Assembly (NCBI GenBank): GCA_035358035.1
Contig: DAOPOS010000001.1
Coordinates: 101,909-165,908, forward strand
Source: Syntrophales bacterium
GTDB taxonomy: Bacteria; Desulfobacterota; Syntrophia; Syntrophales; UBA2251
Reading direction: 5' to 3'
Length of the DNA: 64,000 nt
Shown: in pieces, positions 8,330 through 16,926 of the stretch
Layout: each line of letters opens with the position of its first letter
Numbering within the stretch: the first letter of the stretch is position 1
Notes under the pieces: generated by a model
The model's input: only the letters and a program-made list of their open reading frames with translations
Told to the model about the DNA's origin: nothing
The model's database searches: none
Program-made: the position numbers and the translations under genes

Positions 8330-8743
8330 ATGACCGACATATTCTCCAAAGAGAAGCGAAGCTGGATCATGAGTCGCGTCAAGGGGCGCGACACCAAGCC
8401 GGAGATGTTGGTTCGTTCGTTTGTTCATCGGATGGGATTTCGCTTTCGGGTTCATAGGCGTGACCTGCCGGGGAACCCGGATATCGTACTGCCGCGATAC
8501 GGAAAAGTGATCTTCGTGCACGGATGTTTCTGGCACGGGCACAACCGGTGTCCGCGATCGAAGCGGCCGGCAACGAACAAGAGCTTCTGGAACAAGAAGC
8601 TCGATGCGAACATCGAGCGAGATAAGCGCTTCCGAAGGGAGCTACGTCGGATGGGTTGGAAGTTGTTGGTAGTATGGCAATGCGAGACCCACAACCCGGA
8701 GAAACTGTTGGGGAAGCTGGAAAGGTTTCTGTATGACGAATGA
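8330..8743 (+). CDS. vsr: Very-short-patch repair endonuclease
   Basis: SWIMSRVKGRDTKPEMLVRSFVHRMGFRFRVHRRDLPGNPDIVLPRYGKVIFVHGCFWHGH is a typical Vsr sequence. It starts 2 nt after the methyltransferase stop. Confidence 0.9.
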   Translation: MTDIFSKEKRSWIMSRVKGRDTKPEMLVRSFVHRMGFRFRVHRRDLPGNPDIVLPRYGKVIFVHGCFWHGHNRCPRSKRPATNKSFWNKKLDANIERDKRFRRELRRMGWKLLVVWQCETHNPEKLLGKLERFLYDE

Positions 8744-9674
8744 ACGAAAGAAGGTGACGGCTGGCGACCCGGAAGTCGTAAGGCAGAAGGTTGCAAAACT
8801 TATCGCGAACTTCGAAGCGGAGCTCCAGTCGGGCGAGCTTCGCCCGAAGGTTCTTGCCCTGATTCCGATCTTCCACGGGCTGCGCGACATTGGCAAGGCA
8901 CTGATACCGACCGAGTACGCTTCGGCCGCGAGAGACCGGATCCTGTACTACTTCCGGCAGTATCCTGGGACGATTATCAACAGCGACGAGCTGCTTGTCG
9001 TCTCGGGGATTCAGGAGTACGCGCGGCGCTTGCGCGAACTGCGTGTGCAGTTCGGTTGGGCAATCGTGAGCGGCGTCACGATCAAGGAAATGCGCGAGGA
9101 CGAAGCCGATGAAGTACCGGCCGAACTAAAGACCATGAGGCCGAATGAATATGTTCTCTTGAGTGCGGCCGAAGATCGCGACGCGGCGCATCGCTGGCAC
9201 GTCGCGAACACGATCCGCAAGGAGCGCGGATCTATACGCGGCAAGATTCTGAAGTTTCTTCGGGCAAACGTTGGGCGCGGTGTGACGAACGAGGAGTTGC
9301 GCTATGTAGCCGGGGACAAAACGGAGTGGGCACGACGCGTGCGCGAGCTGCGGACGGAGCATGGTTGGCCCATAGCGACAAAGACCACCGGGCGCCCGGA
9401 TTTGGGCGTCGGGGTCTACGTGTTGCAGGCAGACCGGCAAAGCCCGGAACATGACCGCAGCATTCCGGACGATGTTCGTCGGGAAGTGCTGCGGCGCGAC
9501 GGGTACAAGTGTCGAATATGCGGTTGGTCACACGAAGAATGGAATCCGTCCGACCCACGACATCTGGAGTTGCATCATATAGAGCATCATGCGAAGGGCG
9601 GTGCGAACGTGGGGGAGAACCTGAAGACCTTATGCACCGTCTGCCATGACAAGGTACACCGCAGGGAGAAGTGA
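8733..9674 (+). CDS. HNH endonuclease with two tandem wHTH-like N-terminal modules; probable restriction component
   Basis: C-terminal HNH motif: CRICGW...HLELHHIEHHAKGG...NLKTLCTVCHDKVH. Internal duplication: RILYYFRQYPG..DELLVVSGIQEYARRLRELRVQFGWAI versus KILKFLRANVG..EELRYVAGDKTEWARRVRELRTEHGWPI. Overlaps vsr by 11 nt. Confidence 0.8.
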   Translation: MTNERKKVTAGDPEVVRQKVAKLIANFEAELQSGELRPKVLALIPIFHGLRDIGKALIPTEYASAARDRILYYFRQYPGTIINSDELLVVSGIQEYARRLRELRVQFGWAIVSGVTIKEMREDEADEVPAELKTMRPNEYVLLSAAEDRDAAHRWHVANTIRKERGSIRGKILKFLRANVGRGVTNEELRYVAGDKTEWARRVRELRTEHGWPIATKTTGRPDLGVGVYVLQADRQSPEHDRSIPDDVRREVLRRDGYKCRICGWSHEEWNPSDPRHLELHHIEHHAKGGANVGENLKTLCTVCHDKVHRREK

Positions 9675-9774
9675 CAGTAGCGCCGAATGTTTCGATCGAA
9701 TGCCTTTCCCGATGAATTGTGCGTTCTGTGATTGCGTATTCCGATGATTCCGCCCCTCGATTCCGGAGGAAGCC

Positions 9775-9868
9775 GCCACCCGAAACCGATCCAAAGCGCC
9801 AGGGTGTTGCGATGGATGCCCGGTGTCTCGGCGATCTTCCGAATGCTGTACCCCTGATACCGCGCTGA
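9775..9868 (-). pseudogene. Fragment of a transposase/resolvase-type HTH (mobile-element remnant)
   Basis: The minus-strand frame reads ARYQGYSIRKIAETPGIHRNTLALWI, a classic HTH of IS transposase N-termini. A stop lies 4 codons upstream, there is no start, and nothing recognisable follows. Confidence 0.3.
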
Positions 9869-10321
9869 GCTAAAAACCTACCCTACCCTTATCTCTCAGC
9901 AACTCCCCCCACCACCACCCCCACCCTTCGACGGGCTCAGGGTGACAGCGATGACTTTTTACGAGGTCATCCTTTTTGGCTCAATTTATCAGCCTCGTTA
10001 CAATAATTCGGGAATTCATCGCGGATGAACCCCATTCACCCCTTGAACCGGTCTCTGCCCCGAGTGGGCCCGAATCGGCCTTTCGGCGGATCCTCCCCGG
10101 GCCTGGCACTCTAAAACTCTGTAATAACAGCATAATCATAAATTAAATGATTCTCAGCGCCCGGCGGATTCTTCACAGGCCTTTTTTCTCTTGACATTAT
10201 GTTTTCCTTAAATTAGGTGAACGGTACTCAATCAAGGCCGGAACTGAACCGGAGATTCTTCTGCAAACACGTTCATTGCACGGGCGATGAATGGAGCATA
10301 CAAACGAAAGGAGAGTTGGAC

Positions 10322-11881
10322 ATGGTTTTAGGAGATTTTTTCAAGAAGCACAGCCAGGAAATCCCCAATAACGAGGCGCTCGTCTTCAAGGAGCGACGGA
10401 TCACGTTCAAGCAGTACGACGAGGCGACGGACCGGGTGGCGATGGGTCTCCTGAAGCTGGGTGTAAAGCGCGGCGACCGGATCGCGATCTACGGGCCGCT
10501 CTGGCCGGAAATCGTTTTCGCCTATTTCGGCGCGGCCAAGATCGGGGCCATCGGCGTTCCCATGAGCGCGCGGACCACGGCGCCGGAGCTCAAATTCTTC
10601 GTCAACGACTCGGAGAGTTCCGTTCTTTTCATGCCCAGCACCTTCATGGGCGCGGACTTCATGGCTAATCTGGACGCGGTCCGGAGCGAGCTACCGACGC
10701 TGAAGCACGTCGTCTGCCTCGACCTGGAAAAGGAGGGCGTCCTCCTCTGGGAGAAGTTCCTGGCCGAACCCGACCCAGCGGTGTTGAACAAGGCCAAGGA
10801 TGCGGTCCAGGAGGACGATTCCGCCCTCTTCATCTACACGTCGGGCACGACGGGCGTTCCCAAGGCCGCCCAGTTGACGCACAAGAATCTGATCTCCCTG
10901 ACGAACGCCCAGATCGAGGCCACCGGATACCATCGCGGGCACATCATCGTCCTGAACCTCCCCTTCAGCCATGTCGGCGGCGCCGTGATGGGGATCATCT
11001 GCAACGTGAACGTGGGCAACAAGGTCGTCATGATGGACGCCTTCAATCCCGAGGAAACCCTCCGCCTGGTTTCCGAAGAGAAGGCAACGACGCTTGGACA
11101 GGTGCCCGCCATGTACGCCATGGAGCTTTCCCATCCCAACCTGAGCAAGTACGACATCAGCACCCTCAAGCTCCCCATCGTCTCCTCCCAGCCGTGCCCC
11201 TCGGAGCTGATCACGGCCTTCAAGAAGATCGTCGGCGTGATCCCGCTCAACGCCTACGGCCTGACGGAAACCACCGCCGCCATCACCTACACGCATCCCA
11301 GCCACGGAGAGGAGAAACTGACCTACTCCGTGGGCAAGCCCGTCCCCTCGATCCAGATGGTTCTCAAGGATGACGACGGCAAGATCGTCCCCACGGGCGA
11401 GTCGGGCGAGATCTGTGTCAAGGGGCCCGTCGTCATGAAGGGCTACTGGAAGCGCCCCGAAGAGGACGCCAAGGTCTTCGACGCCGACGGCTTCCTCCAC
11501 ACGGGCGACATGGGCCGTTTCGAGGAGGACGGCTCGCTCGTGATCGTCGGCCGGAAGAAGGAGATGTACATCCGCGGCGGCGAGAACGTCTATCCCCCGC
11601 AGATCGAGGACGCGATCTGCAAGCACCCGGACGTGATGCTCGCGGCGGTCATCGGCCGCCCCCACGAGAAGTGGGGCGAGGTCGGGCGCGCCTACATCAT
11701 GCCCAAGCCGGGGAAAAACCCCGCGCCGGAGGAGATCAAGGAATTCCTCAAGGACAAGCTGTCCAACTTCAAGATCCCGGAGGACTTCATCATCCGGCCC
11801 ATGCTGCCCCTGACGCCCCTGGGAAAGGTCAAGAAGCTCGACCTCTACACGGAAATGAAACAGGAACTCGGCAAAAAGTAG
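10322..11881 (+). CDS. Acyl-CoA synthetase / AMP-dependent ligase
   Basis: AMP-binding motifs YTSGTTGVPKAA, GYGLTE-like NAYGLTETT and TGDMGRFEEDGSLVIVGRKKE. ATG at 10322 has RBS AAAGGAGAG; the track starts at 10217. Confidence 0.85.
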   Translation: MVLGDFFKKHSQEIPNNEALVFKERRITFKQYDEATDRVAMGLLKLGVKRGDRIAIYGPLWPEIVFAYFGAAKIGAIGVPMSARTTAPELKFFVNDSESSVLFMPSTFMGADFMANLDAVRSELPTLKHVVCLDLEKEGVLLWEKFLAEPDPAVLNKAKDAVQEDDSALFIYTSGTTGVPKAAQLTHKNLISLTNAQIEATGYHRGHIIVLNLPFSHVGGAVMGIICNVNVGNKVVMMDAFNPEETLRLVSEEKATTLGQVPAMYAMELSHPNLSKYDISTLKLPIVSSQPCPSELITAFKKIVGVIPLNAYGLTETTAAITYTHPSHGEEKLTYSVGKPVPSIQMVLKDDDGKIVPTGESGEICVKGPVVMKGYWKRPEEDAKVFDADGFLHTGDMGRFEEDGSLVIVGRKKEMYIRGGENVYPPQIEDAICKHPDVMLAAVIGRPHEKWGEVGRAYIMPKPGKNPAPEEIKEFLKDKLSNFKIPEDFIIRPMLPLTPLGKVKKLDLYTEMKQELGKK

Positions 11882-11894
11882 GACGGAGGACGGA

Positions 11895-13247
11895 ATGGAA
11901 AAATACGATGTCATCATTATCGGCGCCGGCATTGCCGGACTTGGCGTCGGCGGCATACTTCAGAACAAGGGTTTCAAGACGGCGGTCTTCGAAAAGAGCA
12001 AGGTTGTCGGCGGGCGTTCGCGGACCTTCGAGCTCCCCGGCGGCTGGCGGGTCGACATGGGCACCCACTGCGTCGATCAGGGCGTGCATTCGTCCTGCGC
12101 CAAGCTGCTCACGGAGCTGGGAACGGACATCCCCTGGTCGCACAACCTCGAGGGGTTCATGTTCTACGGCGAGGACGGGAAATGGAAGCCGATGATGGAG
12201 TCTTTCAACCTGGGCGAGGCGGAGAGGAAGGAACTCAATGAGTTGCAGACCTGGATCAAGAACGCCTCCGACGAGCTGATCGACCATTACGACAACGTCT
12301 CCCTGACGAAACTGCTCGAGGAGCGGGTCAAATCGCCCAAGATCGGCGAATTCTGCAAGACCGTCGGCATGGTGCAGACGACCCTGACGGAATCGGACAT
12401 CATTTCCGCGGGCGAGTTCATCCACATCTACCGCGACCAGATGCGCGTCTCGAAGAGCCCCGACCTTCCGTTCGACGCGGTGCGGATGCCCCTGGGCGGC
12501 GTTCAGACCATGATGAACGCCATGGCGGAGGCCTACAAGAAACGGGGCGGAGCGCTTCATCTCGGCACGCCGGTTCGCAAAGTCCTGGTCGGAAAGGGCG
12601 GGCCGGCGGAGCTCGTGACGGACGGCGGCAGCTATTCCTCGCCGATCGTGGTCATCGCCGCGCCGATCTGGAACGTGCTGAAGTTCCTCGACATGGCGGC
12701 CATGGACCAACTGGCGCCGGCATGGGCGAAGCGCATGCGCGAATGCGAGTTCGAGACCAGCGCCTCCATGGGATACACCATCGGGACCAAGGTGCCCCTG
12801 TTCGACGACAAATGCTACCTGTCGGCCTGGCGGGTTCCCGGACTGGGCATGCCCCTGCAGATCCTGGGGCATACGAACTTCGACACAACGATCGCGCCCC
12901 CCGGCCACATGATCGCCTTCATGGGCGCCTGCGGCACGCCGGCGCAGGTGGGCGACGCGGCCTTCCGCAAGAAGACCCTGGATCAGTTCTGGGTCGTCCT
13001 CAATCAGATGTTCCCCAACATGGAGAGCAACCTGGTGTGGAAGCAGGACGGATTCACGATCGGCATCGACGGACTCTCCCGCTCGCCGGGCATGACCGGT
13101 CGCTACCGGCTGCCCGTGGAGCTCCCGGAGGTGCCCGGTCTGTACTTCTCCGGCGACTGCTACCTGGGCCGGGGCGTCGGCATGAACACGGCGGCCAGCT
13201 CCGCCATGATCTGCGTGGACGCGATCCTGTCCAAACACGGAAAATAG
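11895..13247 (+). CDS. FAD-dependent oxidoreductase (phytoene-desaturase/amine-oxidase-like)
   Basis: N-terminal Rossmann motif YDVIIIGAGIAGLGVGGIL...FEKSKVVGGRS. C-terminal FSGDC...G-G motif. Confidence 0.8.
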   Translation: MEKYDVIIIGAGIAGLGVGGILQNKGFKTAVFEKSKVVGGRSRTFELPGGWRVDMGTHCVDQGVHSSCAKLLTELGTDIPWSHNLEGFMFYGEDGKWKPMMESFNLGEAERKELNELQTWIKNASDELIDHYDNVSLTKLLEERVKSPKIGEFCKTVGMVQTTLTESDIISAGEFIHIYRDQMRVSKSPDLPFDAVRMPLGGVQTMMNAMAEAYKKRGGALHLGTPVRKVLVGKGGPAELVTDGGSYSSPIVVIAAPIWNVLKFLDMAAMDQLAPAWAKRMRECEFETSASMGYTIGTKVPLFDDKCYLSAWRVPGLGMPLQILGHTNFDTTIAPPGHMIAFMGACGTPAQVGDAAFRKKTLDQFWVVLNQMFPNMESNLVWKQDGFTIGIDGLSRSPGMTGRYRLPVELPEVPGLYFSGDCYLGRGVGMNTAASSAMICVDAILSKHGK

Positions 13248-13267
13248 TTATTTCATCCATCCGACAA

Positions 13268-13313
13268 CATCAGGGGTGCAGGGGAGCGTTGCAGTCCCCC
13301 CGCACCCCTGATG
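13268..13313 (+). other. Extended intergenic hairpin (12 + 5 bp)
   Basis: CATCAGGGGTGC (13268-13279) pairs with GCACCCCTGATG (13302-13313). Inner stem GGGGA (13281-13285) pairs with TCCCC (13295-13299). No U-tract. It sequesters the track's ATG at 13311. Confidence 0.5.
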
Positions 13314-13343
13314 ACGGATCTCGCAAAAAAAGGGGGACTGCCC

Positions 13344-14894
13344 ATGAATCGAAACATCGCACAGTTTTTGGACCGAAACATCGAGACTTACGGCGAGTAC
13401 GAACAATTCATCTTTCTGGGCGCCAGCGGGCCGCAGCGGATGACCAACACCGAAATCCGCCGCCAGGCGCAGGCCCTGGCCGCGGGCCTTCGCCAGAACG
13501 GGGTCGAACGGGGCGACATCGTTTGCACCGTGGTCAGCAACGTGCCGGAGATTCCCGAGATCATCAACGGCATCAACCGGTGCGGCGCGGTTTACCTGCC
13601 CGTCGTGTTCCTGCTCACGGCGGCGGAGATCCGCTACATCCTGGAAGACTCGGGCTCCAAGGTGATCATCACCGAAGCGATGCTGCTGCCGAAGATCCGG
13701 GAAGCGGCCGAAGGCGTGGCGACGATCCGAAAGATCATCGTCATCGGCGGCGAAACCGGCGGCCACACGCTTGCCTACGCGGACCTTCTCAAGGACGCCG
13801 ATGCAACCCGGGGCCAGCTCGTGGCGGTGGAGGCGGATGACGTCGCCATCCTCATGTACACGTCCGGGACGACCGGCGTTCCCAAAGGGGTGATGATCAC
13901 CCACCGCGGCATGGAGACGCAGATGCGCAACGGCGTCGTGTACACGGGGTGCGAATACGGATCCGTCGTGATGGTCGTCGTCCCCATGAACCACATCCTG
14001 GGGGTGCTCACCTGCCTGGAGGGCAACTCGGTCGGCACCATTACCTACATGATGCAGCCCTTCGATCCCCGGAAGGTGCTGGATGCCATCCGCACGTACA
14101 AGGTCGAGTTCATTCCGCTGGTGCCGACCATGATCGTCTACCTGACGATGGTCTTCGATCCGAAGAAGGACGATCTGTCGTCGATGAAGATGTTCATCTC
14201 CGCCGGAGGCCCCTTAAGCGTGGAAACGCAGGAACAGGCCATGAAGCTTTTCAACGCGGACATCCGGATTTCGTATGGGTGCACCGAGACGGCGGGCACC
14301 ATCACCCGTTCGCACCATGAACTGCCCATCAAGCTGGGAAGCGCCGGCGCGCCGATCGCCTCCATGAGCCTCCTCGTAGTGGATGACAACGGCCGGGAGG
14401 TGCCCCGCGGCGCCGAGGGCGAGGTGATCTGCAAGGGCCCGATGGTCATGGCCGGATATCTGAACAAACCGAAGGAAACCGCGGATGTCCTGAAAGACGG
14501 CTGGTTTTACACGGGCGATGTGGGTCGGCTCGACGCGGACGGCGAGCTCTACATCACGGGACGCAAGAAGGACCTGATCATCAAGGGCGGCGAAAACATC
14601 GATCCGGGGGTCGCCGAGGGACTCCTGTACAAGCATCCCGCCGTGATGGAGTGCGCCGTCGTCGGCATGAAGGACGCAAAGTTCGGCGAGGAAGTGGCCG
14701 CCGCGGTCACCCGTAAGCCGGGCACGGAAACCACGGAGGCGGAACTGCTGGCGTACCTGAACCAGCACCTGAAGGCCTTCATGGTTCCCAAACGCGTCTT
14801 TTTCTTCGACGCCCTGCCAAAAACGGGGCTGGGCAAGATCCTCAAGCGGGAGATCCGGAGAATCATCGATGAAACGCCCGGGGATCGCGGATAA
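13344..14894 (+). CDS. Acyl-CoA synthetase / AMP-dependent ligase (second, divergent paralogue)
   Basis: YTSGTTGVPKGV, SYGCTETAG and TGDVGRLDADGELYITGRKKD. ATG at 13344 lies behind an AAAGGGGGA RBS; the track start at 13311 is inside the hairpin. Confidence 0.85.
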   Translation: MNRNIAQFLDRNIETYGEYEQFIFLGASGPQRMTNTEIRRQAQALAAGLRQNGVERGDIVCTVVSNVPEIPEIINGINRCGAVYLPVVFLLTAAEIRYILEDSGSKVIITEAMLLPKIREAAEGVATIRKIIVIGGETGGHTLAYADLLKDADATRGQLVAVEADDVAILMYTSGTTGVPKGVMITHRGMETQMRNGVVYTGCEYGSVVMVVVPMNHILGVLTCLEGNSVGTITYMMQPFDPRKVLDAIRTYKVEFIPLVPTMIVYLTMVFDPKKDDLSSMKMFISAGGPLSVETQEQAMKLFNADIRISYGCTETAGTITRSHHELPIKLGSAGAPIASMSLLVVDDNGREVPRGAEGEVICKGPMVMAGYLNKPKETADVLKDGWFYTGDVGRLDADGELYITGRKKDLIIKGGENIDPGVAEGLLYKHPAVMECAVVGMKDAKFGEEVAAAVTRKPGTETTEAELLAYLNQHLKAFMVPKRVFFFDALPKTGLGKILKREIRRIIDETPGDRG

Positions 14895-14896
14895 TC

Positions 14897-14956
14897 GCGG
14901 CGGCCGGCGCTGTCGAGATCTGCGTGGACGCGATCCTGTCGAAACACGGCCAATAA
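14897..14956 (+). pseudogene. Relic 3' end of a paralogous FAD-oxidoreductase gene
   Basis: Reads ..AAAGAVEICVDAILSKHGQ* against the authentic gene end ..TAASSAMICVDAILSKHGK* (13190-13247). A 24-nt core is identical (14917-14940 = 13208-13231), and the next 9 nt differ at one position. It begins right after the ligase stop. Confidence 0.55.
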
Positions 14957-15239
14957 TTTTCATTCATTTTTAAACGCGGCAGTCGGCCGGAGGCCCTGTG
15001 GCCTCCGGCCTCTCCGGCCTCAAGACGCCTCTCCATTTCTCAGCCAGACCGATCGCCTGTTTTTCGTCGGGCGACAGCCGGCGTCCGCGAGGACGACCCG
15101 GGCCGTTTCATGGTATAGCGTGTCCGACAGTTACAATCGCGATCCCGCCCTGCCGCCAGGCCGCCCTGACCGGCGCCGGCGTCCCGGCCCGGCGCGCAGG
15201 CGACGACGGAAGGATCACGCGGGAAGAGGAGGAGAAGAC

Positions 15240-16007
15240 ATGGGTGTGATGGAACAATTCAACCTGGCGCAGCGGGTGGCCGTCGTCACCGGCGGCAGCA
15301 AGGGTCTGGGCCGGTCGATGGCGACCGGCCTGGCGGAGGCCGGCGCCCGGGTGGCCGTCGTGAGCCGGACCCGGAGCCTGATCGAGGAAACCGCGGCGGA
15401 GATTGTCGGGAAGGGGGGCGAGGCCATGGCCGTGCCGGCCGACGTGACCCGCGAGGAAGACGTCGAAGCCATGACGGCCCAGGTCCTCGCGGCCTACGGA
15501 CGCATCGACATTCTGATCAACAACGCCGGTATCGGCGGTTCGAAGCGATCGGCGGACTTGACCGTCGAGGACTGGGAGCGCCTGATGAATACCAACGCAC
15601 GGTCCGTTTTTCTCGCGTGTCGGGCGGTCGGCAAGGCGATGATCCGTCAGCGGCAGGGCAAGATCATCAACGTCGGCTCGATCCTCGGACACGGGGCACT
15701 CCCCAACAGCCTTCACTACGGCGCGTCGAAGGCCGCCGTTCACCACATGACGAAGACCCTGGCCCTCGAGTGGGCGCGGTTCAACATCCAGGTGAACTGC
15801 ATCGTTCCCGGGTGGTTCCTGACGGAGATGACGAAAGACCAGCAGGAAGGGGAAAACGAAACGTTCCTCATCGGAAAGATCCCGTTCCGGCGTTTCGGCC
15901 GGCCGGATGAGATCGTGGGGCTGGCCGTCTACCTCGCCTCCGGCGCATCGGATTACATGACGGGTCAGACCCTCTTTCTGGACGGCGGATACGCCATTTC
16001 CGCGTAG
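15240..16007 (+). CDS. SDR-family oxidoreductase (FabG-like)
   Basis: VAVVTGGSKGLG (TGxxxGxG), NNAG, YGASKAAV (YxxxK). ATG at 15240 follows GAGGAGGAG. Confidence 0.85.
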   Translation: MGVMEQFNLAQRVAVVTGGSKGLGRSMATGLAEAGARVAVVSRTRSLIEETAAEIVGKGGEAMAVPADVTREEDVEAMTAQVLAAYGRIDILINNAGIGGSKRSADLTVEDWERLMNTNARSVFLACRAVGKAMIRQRQGKIINVGSILGHGALPNSLHYGASKAAVHHMTKTLALEWARFNIQVNCIVPGWFLTEMTKDQQEGENETFLIGKIPFRRFGRPDEIVGLAVYLASGASDYMTGQTLFLDGGYAISA

Positions 16008-16062
16008 TGCGGGCACAACGGCCTTCATCGGAAAAAATCGGCGCATTCAACAAAAAAATGCA

Positions 16063-16090
16063 TTGACAAACGTGAGGAAAAGCATATTTT
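16063..16090 (+). promoter_or_regulatory. Candidate sigma-70 promoter for the lipoprotein gene
   Basis: TTGACA at 16063-16068, 16-nt spacer, TATTTT at 16085-16090. Confidence 0.35.
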
Positions 16091-16144
16091 TACAAAAATT
16101 TTCGGCCGTAGACTGCCGAGGACCCCACAAGGAGGAGGACTGGT

Positions 16145-16735
16145 ATGAATCATTGCAGGTATTTTTTATCGTTGGTCGTTGTGCTCGTATTGGCTCTGGC
16201 GCTGGCGGGTTGTGCAAAACCCCCTGAGGCGGAGAAGTCCGCGGCCGATGCCGCGATGACCGCAGCGGTGGCCGCGGGCGCGGAGCAGTACGCCGCAACC
16301 GATCTGGATGCGGCCAAAAAGATCCTGGACGGGGCAGAGGCCCAGATGAAGGAAAAGAATTACAAAGAGGCCAAGCAGGCGTATGTGGACGCCAAGGCCG
16401 CCTTCGAGCGCGCCGCCGCCGCCGTGGCCGCGGGCAAGCAGGCCGCCGCCGCCGAAGCGACCACCGCCGTGACCGCCCTGGAGCAGGCCTGGGTGAACCT
16501 CGAGACCGCGGCAAAACCCTTCGAAAAGAAACTGAAGGAAAAGAAGGATCTCTGGACCGCCGACGTCGCCGCTTTTACGGAAGGTCTGACCAAGGTCAAG
16601 GAGGGCATCGCCGCCGATCCGGCCGGCGCCAAGGCGAAGATCGCGGAGTTGCAGGCGATCATCGACAAATGGGATGCCGCCTTCAAGGAACTGGCGGCCG
16701 CCGCCCCGGTAAAACCCGCGGCGAAGAAGAAATAG
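16145..16735 (+). CDS. Alanine-rich lipoprotein, function unknown
   Basis: Signal peptide with lipobox LALAGC. The mature part is a low-complexity helical A/K/E-rich sequence. Confidence 0.7.
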   Translation: MNHCRYFLSLVVVLVLALALAGCAKPPEAEKSAADAAMTAAVAAGAEQYAATDLDAAKKILDGAEAQMKEKNYKEAKQAYVDAKAAFERAAAAVAAGKQAAAAEATTAVTALEQAWVNLETAAKPFEKKLKEKKDLWTADVAAFTEGLTKVKEGIAADPAGAKAKIAELQAIIDKWDAAFKELAAAAPVKPAAKKK

Positions 16736-16775
16736 CCCCGATAAACTTCGACGGGCAGGGGATGGGTGAGGTCGG

Positions 16776-16815
16776 AAGGGCGTTTGCGCCGTGAAGGGCG
16801 CAACGCCCTTTTTTT
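16776..16815 (+). terminator. Rho-independent terminator
   Basis: AAGGGCGTTTGCGCC / GGCGCAACGCCCTT stem with one bulged T and loop GTGAAG, followed by a T7 run. Confidence 0.7.
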
Positions 16816-16926
16816 ATGAGCGAACCGCTTTCTCGAAGGCGTCAGGCCGGGAACGGCACCCGTAAACGTCCTTTCGGGGACGGCCCCTCCCTTTCCGTTC
16901 CGACGCGCTCACCAGGGTTTCATCCC

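Noticed and set aside
9928-9972. The short sequence reading FDGLRVTAMTFYEVI as a possible small gene.
   Set aside because: No start or RBS. It looks like a fragment of a dispersed repeat rather than a gene, so it is mentioned only as an island-edge marker.
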